Positions 13,302-26,011 of a stretch of 64,000 bases of DNA are shown here, in pieces; the first letter of the stretch is position 1; the number at the start of each line of letters is the position of its first letter. The DNA is from Paecilomyces variotii (taxonomy: Eukaryota), in NCBI GenBank assembly GCA_004022145.1, contig RCNU01000003.1; one strand, given 5' to 3'. The translations under genes and the position numbers were made by a program. The notes beneath the pieces were generated by a model. That model saw only the letters and a list, made by a program, of their open reading frames with translations. It ran no database searches and was not told the DNA's origin.

Positions 13302-15473
13302 ATGGATGCTTTCAAGCTACTGACCCGGTCGACAAAACTAAAGTCGAGTGTCGTGTCAAAACCTCTGCCGTCTGCAGGAAAGGCGGAAAATCCGCAACTC
13401 TTCCGTAACTCGGAAAACTCGCAGCATGGGACAAAAAGAAAAAGAGACACCGATGGTGAGAAAGCAGGTGATGAGGGAGATGATGTGAATCTGGACTTTT
13501 TCAGCTCTTCAAAGGGGTTACCCTCGCTGGCTAAAGCAGATGCCTCAAATGGGACTAAGAAGGAAAATTCAAATGATCGGACTGGATCCGATGATGAGGA
13601 AGATTCGAATTCCGAAGGAGCCAAAGTCATGGATGAAGGCGAAAAGAGATCTATTTTGAAGACTCACAAGATCAAAATCACTGATCTTCGTGATCTGGAA
13701 GAGATTCAACCGTTGAAATCGACAAAAGAGCCGAAGAAGAAAAAGAAGAGACAGGAGTCCGCCCCAGTTCTCACAAAGAAACAGCAGAAGGAGGCGAGGA
13801 GATTGTATCCGCAGCCGCTTACTTCCTTTCATGAGCTTCGATCGAGATATCAGATCTCCAGGCGGCTTGCAGCAAATATTGCCGAGCAAGGGTTTACTGT
13901 GCCTACGGAAGTGCAACTGGGGAGCTTGCCGTTATTATTGGGAGATGATTCTCTTCCCAAGCAGTCTGGCTCTGAAGGTTCTGAGCCGGACTTGTTGATT
14001 GTTGCTCCTACTGGCAGTGGAAAGACCCTGTCTTTCCTGATCCCTGCTATCAACAAGATCGTTCGACAGCATCATGAGAATCCCGGAGAACGTGGTATCT
14101 CCTCCATTATTGTTGCACCGACCAAGGAATTAGCGGGCCAGATCGTCAATGAAGGCAGGAAGCTCACTCTGGGGACCGGTGTGAAGATCACATTAATGAA
14201 AAAGGGAATGCGTGTCGTTGAGCGTGAAGACGATGATGAACAGGAAGACAGCGAAGAGTCGTCGGGATCGGAGGAGGAAGAAAAAGCTGACGCTAAAAAG
14301 AATTCGAAAAAGAGCACTGTGACCAAGAGCGACATTCTGGTTACAACACCTTTACTTCTCGTCAATGCACTGACGGCAAATCAGACAAGCGATCCTACAC
14401 CGCTACCTACAGTCAGAAGCTTGATCTTGGACGAAGCAGATGTCCTGCTTGACCCTCTCTTCCGGGAGCAGACGCTTACTATATGGCGAGCTTGCACACA
14501 GCCTCAGCTTCGCGTCAGCCTATGGTCCGCAACCATGGGTTCCAGCATTGAAGAATTGACAAAGTCAACTATCAAAGAACGCCGGGAATCGCTCAACCTC
14601 GCTGAAGAAGCGCCTCTTATCCGTCTCGTTGTCGGCATGAAGGACTCAGCTGTTCCCAATATTACCCACAAGCTCGTCTACGCCGCTACAGAGCACGGAA
14701 AACTACTTGGACTCCGACAACTACTCCATCCTACTTCTTCTGTCACCCCTACAGAGACCCGTCTCCGGCCACCCTTCCTCATCTTTACCCAAACCATCCC
14801 TCGGGCAGTTGCCCTGCACTCGGAGCTTATGTACGATATCCCCTTGGAAGCGGGAGGTTCTTCCCGTATTGCAGTGCTACACTCCGATCTGTCCGATACT
14901 CAACGTTCTGAAATCATGAAACGTTTCCGGAAAGGCGAGGTCTGGATCCTCGTCACCACCGACCTGCTCGCCCGAGGTGTCGACTTCCGCGGAATCAACG
15001 GTGTGGTCAACTACGATATTCCCAACTCTGCTGCATCCTATGTTCACCGTGTGGGTCGTACCGGACGTGCAGGCCGCGAGGGCGGTATAGCCGTGACATT
15101 CTACACGAAGGAGGACATTCCTTACGTGAAGAGTATCGCGAATGTTATTGATGCAAGCGAGAAGCTCCGGGGCAAGGACGCCAGTGAGAAATCTGTCCAG
15201 AAGTGGCTGCTGGACGCTCTACCAGACCTGAGCAAGAAAGATAAGAAAGAATTGAAGAAGCATGGAGTCAAGGCACGTCAGTCGTCCGTTAAGAACGAGC
15301 AGGATGCTAGATTGCAGAAGAAGATGAGAATTAGCACCAAGAGCGGATTCGATCGACGAATGGAGAATAAAAGGAAGGGGGCCGTTATGGGTAGCCGCAA
15401 TAGGAAGGCCAAGGGACCTGGTGGTCAGGAATCTGGTAGCGAAAATGAGGATTGGGCTGGGTTCGATGATTGA
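13302..15473 (+). CDS. ROK1: ATP-dependent DEAD-box RNA helicase Rok1
   Basis: [10 protein letters not shown] start; [28 protein letters not shown] and [10 protein letters not shown] motifs. Confidence 0.9.
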   Translation: MDAFKLLTRSTKLKSSVVSKPLPSAGKAENPQLFRNSENSQHGTKRKRDTDGEKAGDEGDDVNLDFFSSSKGLPSLAKADASNGTKKENSNDRTGSDDEEDSNSEGAKVMDEGEKRSILKTHKIKITDLRDLEEIQPLKSTKEPKKKKKRQESAPVLTKKQQKEARRLYPQPLTSFHELRSRYQISRRLAANIAEQGFTVPTEVQLGSLPLLLGDDSLPKQSGSEGSEPDLLIVAPTGSGKTLSFLIPAINKIVRQHHENPGERGISSIIVAPTKELAGQIVNEGRKLTLGTGVKITLMKKGMRVVEREDDDEQEDSEESSGSEEEEKADAKKNSKKSTVTKSDILVTTPLLLVNALTANQTSDPTPLPTVRSLILDEADVLLDPLFREQTLTIWRACTQPQLRVSLWSATMGSSIEELTKSTIKERRESLNLAEEAPLIRLVVGMKDSAVPNITHKLVYAATEHGKLLGLRQLLHPTSSVTPTETRLRPPFLIFTQTIPRAVALHSELMYDIPLEAGGSSRIAVLHSDLSDTQRSEIMKRFRKGEVWILVTTDLLARGVDFRGINGVVNYDIPNSAASYVHRVGRTGRAGREGGIAVTFYTKEDIPYVKSIANVIDASEKLRGKDASEKSVQKWLLDALPDLSKKDKKELKKHGVKARQSSVKNEQDARLQKKMRISTKSGFDRRMENKRKGAVMGSRNRKAKGPGGQESGSENEDWAGFDD

Positions 15474-15699
15474 TTTCATTGGCTTTCCCTGGATTGCCAT
15501 GTCCAGAGATATGCAGAGTTTATATCCATATCCATGTTTATGTTCTGTACAATACCGCCCACGATTCCCCATAGAGTATGCAATTTACAGAGTTCAATCA
15601 ACATGCAGCTATATATCCCCGGGGATAAAAGGACGCCAAACTCCATCCCATATCGTAACATCATCGAGCTCGTTGTTTCGTATCTTTGATCCCACATAA

Positions 15700-16449
15700 T
15701 TACCCAGCAGATCCGCCCGCTTGCTCAAGCATTTTTCTCCGCATCTGGAGAGTGACGACTTTCCTGCCATCCAGACCTCTCTCTGCCAATACCCTCTGAC
15801 ACTGATCCGCATCTCGATCGAAATAAATAGCCCACTTGCCATCTTCCTCTTCAACAGCCACAAATCTATCTTTCTTTTCTAGCGTCACGCCCGTCTCGTC
15901 ATTGGTCCAGTCCCAGGGCCCAACCACATGCGCGATGCTTTGGGTCCGGTTACCGTACTTCACCTCGTGCGTATCTTTATCGGCATAGAGCCAGTTCAGC
16001 ATAGGCGGATCGTCAGAGACTGTTGTTACGAGCCCCAGACCTCGCGGGTGAGCCTTTGTCTCTTCGGTTTCGGGGTATGTGATGTAGAAAGCTTGTGCGG
16101 TATGCGAGGGGTTGAGAGAGCGGAGGGAAGGATTGGGGTCGTCGAGATAGGCCTGTACGATCAGATGAGTTAGTAATGTATGTACTTGGTTTGTGTATCC
16201 GACGAACCGCAACATATACTCCGCATGTTAAACGCCAGGGACAATTCATACCTTCTCATCCCTCAACACAACTCTCTTCCCACTTAGATTGTATCCATCA
16301 CTGTCGTCTTCGCATGTCACATCCATACAAAACTTCTCCATGCGCTTCGCATCTACCTTCTGTTGGTTCTGACGCTTCTGCTCGCTGACCCCTTGAGCTA
16401 CCCCGGTCACGGTTGGGATCGCTGTGATCGTGAGAAGACCAAGGACCAT
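15700..16449 (-). CDS. Hypothetical fungal protein; 2 exons
   Basis: MVLGLLTITAIPTVTGVAQGV N-terminus; intron 16153-16251 (GTATGA...CTAAC...CAG) joins in frame to the PPMLNWLYADKDTHEVKYGN exon. Confidence 0.75.
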
Positions 16450-16699
16450 ATTGCGTTATCTATCGCTGCGAATGAAAGTGTTCTTGAGTAGGTATATCCA
16501 TCGATCTTTGAGATGAGTTCCGACGCGATGCGATGCGCAGTAACGGGACTGGGGCGGTGGAGTTCGCAGGTGCGGATATCTTTCCACTGACTATAAGTTG
16601 TTCAGGGAAAGAATTGCAACTGGCTGTATTCAATTGATATGATGTCCGTACTCTGTCACGGCCACTTATAGAGTACCGTAGAATAGAACGAGTTATCAT

Positions 16700-17346
16700 T
16701 GAGCGCTAGCGAAATGTTTACAATATACTGGCTGCAAAAGTGCTCCACTTTTTTTCCACTTTTTTCCCTCGCTCTGATTGGTCCTTTGTCACGTGACGTC
16801 TTCTATAAGAGGAAATTTTTGAAGGAAAGAGCACGTGACCTTTACCGCCTACTGTTTTTAGAAATCAAAATAATTCCTCTAAAAACCTCCTATCTAACAT
16901 AGCTTCGCGTCTGTATTATTAATTAATTTACACCCTTCGCAGTCCTTACCCCCTGCTTTTTTTTGCCTATTAAAGCTCGCTTTTAAAGCATTTTCTTCTA
17001 TCTAAATATTGGCTTCTTATTAGTCTGTCTGAAATATCGATTATATCAGCTAAATCTCTTCTATCTATCTCCCTTCTGCCTACCTATCCTATATAGACTT
17101 TGGCTTCTTATACTATCTAATCGGCCCTTTTCGCGGTCCTGACAAAAGGGCCGATTAGCAATTATTAGCTAGCTTTATCTATTAGATAGTTCTTTACAAT
17201 ATTCATTATCTATAGTTACTAACTAAAAGAACCTGATAAATTACCTGATTAAGCAATCAACCTATCTGCCAGGCTTTGCCAGCGCGCCAGCGCGTCAGCG
17301 CCAGCAGCCAGCTTAGTCAGAGCAGCCAGCTTGGTCACTACGCTCA
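16700..17346. mobile_element. RIP-like degenerate transposon relic, most likely a solo LTR (alternatively a MITE, 16696-17350)
   Basis: Ends TGAGCG...CGCTCA (TG..CA) with flanks ATCAT/ATGAT; interior is TpA-rich and CpA/TpG-poor by eye; no ORF. Confidence 0.6.
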
Positions 17347-17863
17347 ATGATTATTTGCTACGGCCCCTCCTAGCCGTAGCGCACCTAGTTTAGTCAAGCA
17401 GATGGCCGTCTCAGTTCTAGTTCTGGACAAGAGTCGAGTATAGGAGGGTATGATTGAAAACTAGAGTATATCTGTAAAGCGCCCACAGATTGACAATAGA
17501 TTTTTGTAAGAACGCCGAGATGACAGTACTGATCAGCAGAGAAAAGAAATATCTAGCAATGGTCCCTGACGCAGTGTCGTCATAGGAGGACGGTGGCTTG
17601 CACGTGATCTAGAAGGGACTACGAAAGCAACTGGGAGAAATGAACAAACAATATTATCTACCTTTCGAGGTGATATTCGGTATATGCGAGCCTTTGATTC
17701 AATACTTGTACCGAGCACGATTTTTAGATGTTAGAATTGATCGACACGTTGGCGTAAAAAGATGTATTGAAGACATTTTATATCCGAAAACAAGATCTAG
17801 ATCTAGTCTATCGAACGTCTATCATAGCCTCGTAAGATCGTGATGCGCAAAATACACAGGACT

Positions 17864-19047
17864 CTATATCTTCTCACTCCATCCCCATACCGACCACCAA
17901 CATCTAACCTCCAATGAGCCGCCGTCTGCACTTTCCCAGTCGTCGTACCCGATTTCCTCGCCTTCATCTACAATGGCCAGACCGACAGCAATCATCCGTT
18001 GACGGAACTCCTGGCGCTGGGGACTGTATGCATCGCGGAGGGGCATCTCGACGACTACCCGTGCATACAAGCTATGACTGAGCCAGCGTTCAACTGTCTG
18101 AACAAGCCACCTGGGGTGTTCAGGGGAATATAGAGGATCCGCAGCCAAGATGATGTCGTAGCGTTCATCGGACGTTGGAGGAGATTCCGGCGCCACAGAC
18201 CAGTCGAGCACCCCGGTAGTCACGACAGAATCAGCTTTGCTGAGAAGCTCGGAGTTCAAGCCGACATTATGCGAGAGGTTCGGAACAATAGCGGGCAGAT
18301 CCGTAAGGTGGATGGAAGCGGCTGGTCCACGAAGAGCAGCAAAAGAGAGACCGACAAGGCCCGTTCCAGCGCCCAGTTCAAGGGCTCGAAGCGTCTTGCC
18401 TGCCTTATTCCGGGATACCGACGGTGATGTAGCGGGGACAAGTTCGGGGGTGGTTTCGAACAACGAATGTAAACGCCGTGACAGGAGATAGGAGGAAACC
18501 CAGGTTTTCATACCCAGATTGTCAGATGTCAGAGCGGGCTCATGGAGTGTGAGTGTGAAGTCTTCGGTGGCCGACCTGGGAATCGTGAAGACGCGAGATA
18601 TGGCTCCCATGGCTACCCTCGTCAGTTAGCACTACGTATTCCGGATAACCATGCACCGGATCCAGCTCACCAGTTCGTCCAGAGCGCTCACTGAGTCTCG
18701 CCGACGCTGCGTCCCAGACAGCCTCTCTTACTTCGTCCGATTCCAGCCATGACAGAGCGCTTGAGACGATCGATGTGAGATACTTCGTAACGCCTACTGA
18801 CTGCACTGTCCGTCCTTTCACCACATCCTGGCCGTTGTTGTCAAAGCTTCGCGGCTGGACTCTCAGTAGTTCGAGAGCGTTCAGTATATCCGCCGCGCAA
18901 GGCTTAGTATAGAGCTGGGGAAGGTCGAACACTGCATTCCTTGGAGCACGATTCCCACTTATCAGCTTATCTTATCCTATACAGCGGTGTAGAAGGCGGG
19001 GGGGAGTCACTACCATGAAGAGGCTCGTCATCGTCGGCGCTGATCAT
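17864..19047 (-). CDS. SAM-dependent protein methyltransferase, family 16 (Efm2/Rrg1-like); 3 exons
   Basis: LHEPALTSDNLGMKTW, LELGAGTGLVG, LTDLP and ILAADPLY motifs; introns 18932-19013 and 18613-18670. Confidence 0.85.
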
Positions 19048-19419
19048 GGCGAGGGTCTGTAAGTATAACAGGGCGGTATGAAAGCAACAAAGAAGCCACT
19101 GCCATCACCATGAATGCTGTAAAGAGCTGAATGGGGTGGCGCGGGGGATTCTGGGCGGTATCTCAAAGGAACGCAAAAAAAAGTCGCGATTACCCAATCG
19201 GGAAAGGTTTGTCTGCGCCGTCCGTGGGTCGGAATGGGTCTCGACTCTATTTGATTTCATCGCCGGAAAAACAAAAGACTTGTCGGCAAAAGATAAAGAG
19301 GAAACATATATGTATGTGTACTGTTTGCGATTGGTATCAAAAAAGCGCCATGACGTTCAAGACAAGAAACCACCCAACTCCGTGCCGCGTAAGACTCCAA
19401 TGCCAATGAACCGACCGAT

Positions 19420-20253
19420 TTAGCCCAAGGTAGCTTTGAATCCTTGATATGCTTGTTCAATATCGAATGACAATTCCCTCGCCTGTTCTTCGCTCAATTC
19501 CTCTGTTGCACGCATTTGGTTCAGCGTGATAAGCCACTGAATGATCTTCCCCCGGTTCTCGAAGTCGCGGTCCGTCACTTTGTTCACCGACTGGATCACC
19601 TCGGACAGGAGTGGGTGTAACGCATCCTTCGAGACCATATTCAACTTGAGCGCATCGAGGAACGTGATGAAGTTTTCAGTAGCCGTCAAGATCAGGGATG
19701 CACCTCCTGGAGCACCGGCGACTGCAGGGCCGTTACTCGGGGTTGGGGCACTGTGGGACGCTTGCTCAACCGTGGCCGGGAGGCCGATGCGTAGTCGCTC
19801 TGTTGCTTTGGGGCATTCCAGCTGCTTGAGTTAGCAGAGCATCTCCTGCCTCGTGATGTTGACAGCGGCACATACCCCCCATGTCCGCTTGAAGGTGTCC
19901 AGATCTCCAAACTCCTGTGCGACAGCATCATCTCCCAAACTGGACTTGTATTGCTTCAGCAAGCGAGCGCACGTCTCCGTATATTCCGATTCCGTAATCG
20001 CATCTTTGATATAGGCCTTCTCTAGTCCGTCGAGTGTGACGATGATGCTATAGATCTCCGCGAGCGACTCGTATAGATCGCGCTCCGCAGAGCTCGTGGC
20101 TAGCTTGACTTCCTATGACAAGGGTCAGCCGTGTTGGTGGATGGAGATTATGGAGCAGCAGACCTCATCGAGATTGATCGAAGCAGCCAACGCAGGATTC
20201 GGCGTGTAGCTGTAGGGCGTTGGCGCATAAGAGAGCGGACGTTGAGAATACAT
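19420..20253 (-). CDS. VPS28: ESCRT-I subunit Vps28; 3 exons
   Basis: MYSQRPLSYAPTPY start, SLAEIYSIIVTLDGLEKAY, ENFITFLDALKLNM; introns 20113-20163 and 19822-19875. Confidence 0.93.
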
Positions 20254-20458
20254 GATATGATCGCTTGGACGGTCTCGCTGCTCTGTTGCGGCTGGCGGGG
20301 AAGTTGCTTGCGGACCGAAGGCGGTGAGCGTCGACCGTGCGGGAATTTTTCTCAACTGAAATTTCTCGAGTGATACAATATAGATCGGCACTGCACTCAT
20401 CAACCAACCCAGTATACTCCTGCAGATTCCTTCTGCAGACTGGGATTTAGTCGCCAAG

Positions 20459-22780
20459 ATGCCGGGTCGCATGAAGAAGTCGACCAAGAAGTTCGAGAAG
20501 AAGCATCTCAAGGATGTGATCGACCGTCGCAAGGAATTCGCCAAGGTTAAGCAGCGACAGCAGGTTAAGGAAAAGAGGAAAGCGCGTAACGCTGAGGATC
20601 GGGCGCAGAACGCAAACGACAGTGACAATGAAAGCCCTGAACAGCGTCGGAAGCAGGATGCCTTTGCGGAGATGAACGTTGACGACTTCTTCGCTGGCGG
20701 ATTCGACATTCCTGATGCTGCCCCAGCCAAGGGAAAGAAGGCGAAGAAAACAGCTGTCACCCCGAAGACAGGCAAACGGAAGCGCTCAGAAGATGGAGAC
20801 GACAATGAGTCTTCGGCTTCAGGCAGTGGTGAGGAAGATGCCGAATCTCAGAGTGAGGATGATGCCGCCTCCGAGACAAGCAGTGTGAACGACATGGCGA
20901 CGCACAAGGATCAGCTGGAGGCACTGAAGGAAAAGGACCCGGAGTTCTACAAGTATCTGAAAGAAAATGATGCCGAGTTGTTGGACTTTGGTGATCACGG
21001 AGACCTGGCCGAAGTTGATGAGCTCAGTGAGGGCGAGGAGGAAGGCCCTGCGAAGAAGAAAAAGAAGTCCAAGTCCGAGGATGAGGATATGGAAGAGGTA
21101 GATAACAAGCTCACCATGGCCGATATCAAGAAATGGAGGAAGTCTATGGAAGAACAGCATTCGATGAGGGCCCTGCGGCAGATTGTCCTGGCGTTCCGTG
21201 CTGCTGCCTATGTCAACGAAGCCGAAACTCCTGAACAGAAATACACCATCTCGGACCCCGACGTATACCACCAGGTGCTCATCACGGCCCTGAATGTGGT
21301 CCCGAAGGTTCTGACGCATCACCTTCCTGTCAAGGAGACTGCCTCCGGGAAAGTGAGGGTGCAAATGGACTCGAAGAAGTTCAAGACTTTGACACCTCTC
21401 ATCAAGTCTCATACTACCTCTGTTCACCAGCTTCTCGGTAACCTGTCGGATGCGTCGACGCTGAAGTTGACTCTGTCCTCGATTGAGCCGATGCTCCCCT
21501 ACCTTCTGCAGTTCAGAAAGTTGCTCAAGGTTGTTGTGAAGACTGTCGTGGGAATCTGGTCTGATTCCTCCACCAGCGAAGCCACACGAATCACAGCGTT
21601 CCTTCTCATCCGGCGTCTGATGGTCATTGGTGATGCCGGTATTCGGGAAGCCGTCCTCAAGGCTACCTACGAAGGTGTCGTCAGGGGCAGCCGGAACACC
21701 ACCGTCCATACTCTCCCCGGTGTCAACCTGATGAAGAACTCGGCGGCTGAGATCTGGGGTATCGACCAGAACGTTTCCTACACGGCCGGTTTCTCCTTCA
21801 TCCGCCAGCTCGCGATGCACCTGCGAAGCAGCATCACGAATCCTTCCAAGGACTCCTACAAGACTATCTACAATTGGCAATACGTCCACTCGCTTGACTT
21901 CTGGTCTCGAGTCCTGTCCCAACACTGCGATGGCCTCGCTGAAGCCAAGGCTGGAAAGGCTTCTGCCCTCCGTCCACTCATCTATCCCGTCGTTCAAATC
22001 ACCATTGGTGCTATGCGCCTGATCCCCACGGCACAATACTTCCCTCTTCGCTTCCAGCTGGTCCGCGCTCTTCTCCGCATCTCCCGCGCCACAGGCACCT
22101 ACATTCCTCTCGGATCCGCGCTCCTTGAAGTTCTCACGTCTGCGGAGATGCGCAAGCCCCCGAAGTCCAGCACTCTCAAACAGCTCGACTTCCAGACCGC
22201 CATCCGTGCGCCAAAATCCTACCTTCGCACCCGCGTCTACCAGGACGGCGTCGGCGAGCAAGTCAGCGAGCTCCTTTCAGAGTTCTTCGTCTTGTGGACA
22301 AAGCACATTGCCTTCCCTGAACTCTCCCTCCCTATCGTGGTCATGCTCAAGCGCTGGCTGAAAGACGCTGGCTCTCGCACCACAGGAAACAAGAACACCA
22401 AACTCAACCAGCAGATCTTGCTCCTCGTACAGAAAGTTGAATCGAACTCTCGCTGGATCGAGGACAAGCGCTCAAAGGTCAACTTCTCGCCCAAGGACCG
22501 CGCTGAAGTTGAGACCTTCCTCAAGGACGTTGACTGGGAAGTTACCCCTCTCGGTGCGTTCGTCAAGACACAGCGTAAGCTTCGCGCAGAGCGCGCCGCT
22601 GTTCTGGAACAGGGTAGACGTGAAGAAGAGGAGAGGAGAAAGAGAGGCGGTGATGATGACGATGAGATTATGGAAGATCTCGCTAGTGGAAGCGATGAAG
22701 AGGAAGAGGAAGAAGTCGAGGAGGGGTCGGAAGAAGAGGATGAGGACGACGAAGATGATGAGGAGGAGGATGATGAATAA
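20459..22780 (+). CDS. NOC2: Nucleolar complex protein Noc2
   Basis: 773 aa ORF with LKEKDPEFYKYLKEND and YNWQYVHSLDFWSRVL motifs and an acidic tail. Confidence 0.93.
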   Translation: MPGRMKKSTKKFEKKHLKDVIDRRKEFAKVKQRQQVKEKRKARNAEDRAQNANDSDNESPEQRRKQDAFAEMNVDDFFAGGFDIPDAAPAKGKKAKKTAVTPKTGKRKRSEDGDDNESSASGSGEEDAESQSEDDAASETSSVNDMATHKDQLEALKEKDPEFYKYLKENDAELLDFGDHGDLAEVDELSEGEEEGPAKKKKKSKSEDEDMEEVDNKLTMADIKKWRKSMEEQHSMRALRQIVLAFRAAAYVNEAETPEQKYTISDPDVYHQVLITALNVVPKVLTHHLPVKETASGKVRVQMDSKKFKTLTPLIKSHTTSVHQLLGNLSDASTLKLTLSSIEPMLPYLLQFRKLLKVVVKTVVGIWSDSSTSEATRITAFLLIRRLMVIGDAGIREAVLKATYEGVVRGSRNTTVHTLPGVNLMKNSAAEIWGIDQNVSYTAGFSFIRQLAMHLRSSITNPSKDSYKTIYNWQYVHSLDFWSRVLSQHCDGLAEAKAGKASALRPLIYPVVQITIGAMRLIPTAQYFPLRFQLVRALLRISRATGTYIPLGSALLEVLTSAEMRKPPKSSTLKQLDFQTAIRAPKSYLRTRVYQDGVGEQVSELLSEFFVLWTKHIAFPELSLPIVVMLKRWLKDAGSRTTGNKNTKLNQQILLLVQKVESNSRWIEDKRSKVNFSPKDRAEVETFLKDVDWEVTPLGAFVKTQRKLRAERAAVLEQGRREEEERRKRGGDDDDEIMEDLASGSDEEEEEEVEEGSEEEDEDDEDDEEEDDE

Positions 22781-23438
22781 TAGATGCAAAGTCATATCCT
22801 TTGTTCATCCAATTCCTTCAGAGTCTAGTACCCATCGTCATCTTTGCAGTCTCATTCTCTTTTCAGTGTCTATGTTTTCTCTTATCTGGTATACATTGTT
22901 CTGTACGTTAGATATCATCATCGGGACCGGCACCAGGGTATTAAAAAAATTCCATTTCAGTTCATATATCTATCAAATTCACTATTTTTCCCTCATACCA
23001 AGATGTCAAAACTTCTCATTACCGATGTTCCATAACCACAAAGCAAATGCATGATTTCCGTATCCTGCTGTCATGAGCGAAAGAAAAAAGCAGAAGACGA
23101 ACGCTATCATGAGTGTATTAACACCACAACTTGCATTGCATCAGCATGTTCCTCGAGATTGGAAAGGGAAATAGAAAAGCAAACAGCTCTATATAGTGTG
23201 AAATCCCCTCTGTTAAACAACAAACGCCATCCTTCTATTGTCGTTATAGTCATGATTATTGTGATTGTGAGAGTAATTGGATATATAGTCGAAAGTAACC
23301 CTTTCCCTAATTAGGAACGAAGAAGGGGAGGAAAGCCGCTAATTAGCTCATCCGATAGCGGCATGACCGGACAGTTCGATGGGTAATAGAAAACCAAGCC
23401 TGGCGCGAACATAATCGGAGTTAAAGATTGTCGTTTGT

Positions 23439-26011
23439 TTAGACGGCCGCTGGGCCTGATGGCTGCGTTTTGCCAACGCTCCGTGTCCTGGATCTTTCAA
23501 TCCTTAGAGCGGCATCTTCCTCTTCAGCCCAGGCAAGAGACTCACTGGGGAGCATGATGGCTTTATCGATCGCGACAGGCAGCCCGCGATGCCGTCCTCT
23601 GATCATTACAGCAGCGAGGATCAGTTTGCTGATGGGGTGCCAGGTACCGCTGAACGAGTAGTTCTGGTTAGGGAACCCAACACTGAGGCCAACGCAGCCA
23701 TAAGCGGAAACAACTTCGAAAATGATATTGAATGTGGAGAAGGAGATGGGATCCTTCTCGAAGTGTCCTGACTCAGCAATCGTGATGAACAGGACCGCTA
23801 GCGCGATCCACCAGATGTCGTGGCTGAGCTGAGACCGAAGTTGTTGACGGACGAAGTAGCTGCGCGATGCTTCGAGGTCGACAACGGGAGGAGATTCTTG
23901 ATGATTGGGAAGCAGATGGTGCCTCAGCAGACTGACGAGAGGGTTGACCGATCTCGCTCGGTTCTCCGGGTCGCTCAGTTGATTGTCATCGGCGTATATT
24001 CCCAGAGAGCGTTCTTCGTAAACATTCGTGTTCCTTGCAAGTTCTCAGCATGTGTGAACGGAGCCAGCCAAAGGAGCAACAATTCACTAACCTGATGGTA
24101 ACAAGTACCGGGAATGCTGAAACATACTATAATGGGTCTTACGTTAGTTTGTCCAGGTGGGAGGACAGAATTATTGGGGAACAGCGCCAACATACCATCA
24201 TGAGTGCTGCAGGCCTGTTAGCATAGGTCTTTCTTGTGGAGGAGTACTAGGTTAGAATGTTCTACTTACCATATAGAACAAGCAAGCCTTGACGAAGGTT
24301 GGCGATATTGACAACATAGAATCCTCCTGATCGCACGGCTTTTGGCAACCTACGTTAGCAGAAAAGTCGAATGTCATTATTCAACCTGGCACTCACCTAA
24401 CGCCTGGAATAGACCGTCCAGGACACGATAGGGAGGTGGCAGTTTGTCAATCTCATTGTTTCCGATAGACAATACCTCGAACCCCATCCAGTCGATCCCA
24501 TTTAAGAATATGATGGTGCCAAGGAGGTACCAGGTGTGGCGCGCAGGGAAGAGGTTTGTATAAACCTGAGCACATATTAGCTTCAAGCATTGTCAAGGCA
24601 CCGGGGTGAGAAACATACCCTTCTCGGATGGTCCAGGATGAAGTCAAGGACAACTCTCCAGTCCTGCCATGCTTCTTTGTTCGGTAGCATGCGCCTGATG
24701 CTCCATATGATAAATCTCAGAAAACATGGGTACAATGTGTTCCCGGCCAGAATCAGCATGCCCATAGTTAGCAAGCAATACGCACTATGATTTGTCAGTA
24801 ACTAAGCGCCAGTTCGAGGAAAAAAACATTAGCCATACCTTGTTTGTAAGGCAGTCATGTTTGCATCAAGCAGCGCCATGCCACTGTTGCCAAATGCTGA
24901 TGTGGCGAAGAAGGCCCCTACCCAGAAAGGAGAGAGTCCATTTGTCCGCGCAATATCTGGCCTGTTCATCGAGATCCAACTTCCGACACCGACAATGCCA
25001 AATACGTGGAATAACACGAAATATAACGGAACGATAATGGACAAGAAGGAGACTGCTCTATATTCTACTCCGCCGAGTTTCCCCCGCTCAGACGGTGTCA
25101 AGCCGTAGAACTGAGAATTGCGCGAAATGAACCCTTTCGAGAGGAAGTATTTTTGAGTTCCTTTGAGGGCAGTCTCGATAAGGGACGGTCGCCTTCCTTC
25201 GTATAACAATGGGTCTGGGAGAATGTCTCTCGGGTGGTTGTTCAAATCTGGACGTGCTCCGACTCCCGCCATTGGAAAAACCCTGCGGTGTGAATGTCTT
25301 CTTGGGCGAGGAGAGCCCCCAATCGTGACCTGGTCATCATCAATCCATTGAATATGGTCGTCGTCATGTGGTAATTGGTCGGATTGCGACTCGTGCGGGC
25401 GCTCGTGAATCGAGTCCGAGATTATAGATCCAGACGCATCTGCTCTTGTCGTGCTGGGGCCATTCGTCGATATGCAGGCCGACTGTACCACTGGCCGCTT
25501 GCCGTCAGGAAACTGGTCCCCCAAATCGGTGTCGACATCACCAGGCTCTTGCGGAGATCGGGGCTTCCTGCGCAAGTGCGATAAGCGTATATGGAGTCCA
25601 GACCGTTGACAGTGTGATGCCGACTGTCTTTCTTTTAGGATTCCTTTTAACTTGCGCTCGAAAGCCTGCTTCCGAACGAACAGAACGACACTGGAAACGA
25701 GGATAGCTGATCCAAAAACGATAAGGAGGAATAAGATCAATTGCTGAAACGTATTCAGAGTGGACAGATTGACCTGTACAGAAATTGAAGAGTTGGTATA
25801 AGCAACGGACATATTCAGCATGATGGTAGGGACCTACTGTATTCAAGCCCGCACCTGTCATGGCACTTGCACACATATACAACGCGTCAACATAAGCTAC
25901 GCTGCCAAAGGGGGTAGCTGCACCCCAGAATACCAAGCTGCATCCGAGTACTGTCGCAATAAAATAAGTGTAATGTAGGGTCAGGAAGTTCAATGGCGGT
26001 AGCACATCCAT
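23439..26011 (-). CDS. Trk/HKT-family potassium transporter; multi-exon
   Basis: Pore-loop segments SAMTGAGLNT, SAFGNSGM, AVRSGGF and SAYGCVGLS; NTNVYEERSLG; RGRHRGLPVAIDKAIMLP; stop TAA at 23439-23441. Confidence 0.9.

Noticed and set aside
17117..17175. Hairpin followed ~10 nt later by CTAG, as at a Helitron 3' end
   Set aside because: CTAG is followed by C rather than T, and the hairpin lies inside an element with its own inverted termini.
20819..22261. 480-aa antisense ORF within NOC2 (similar shadows over gtaA, the 38 kb SDR and the bZIP gene)
   Set aside because: Explained by codon bias of the sense gene; no recognisable motifs.
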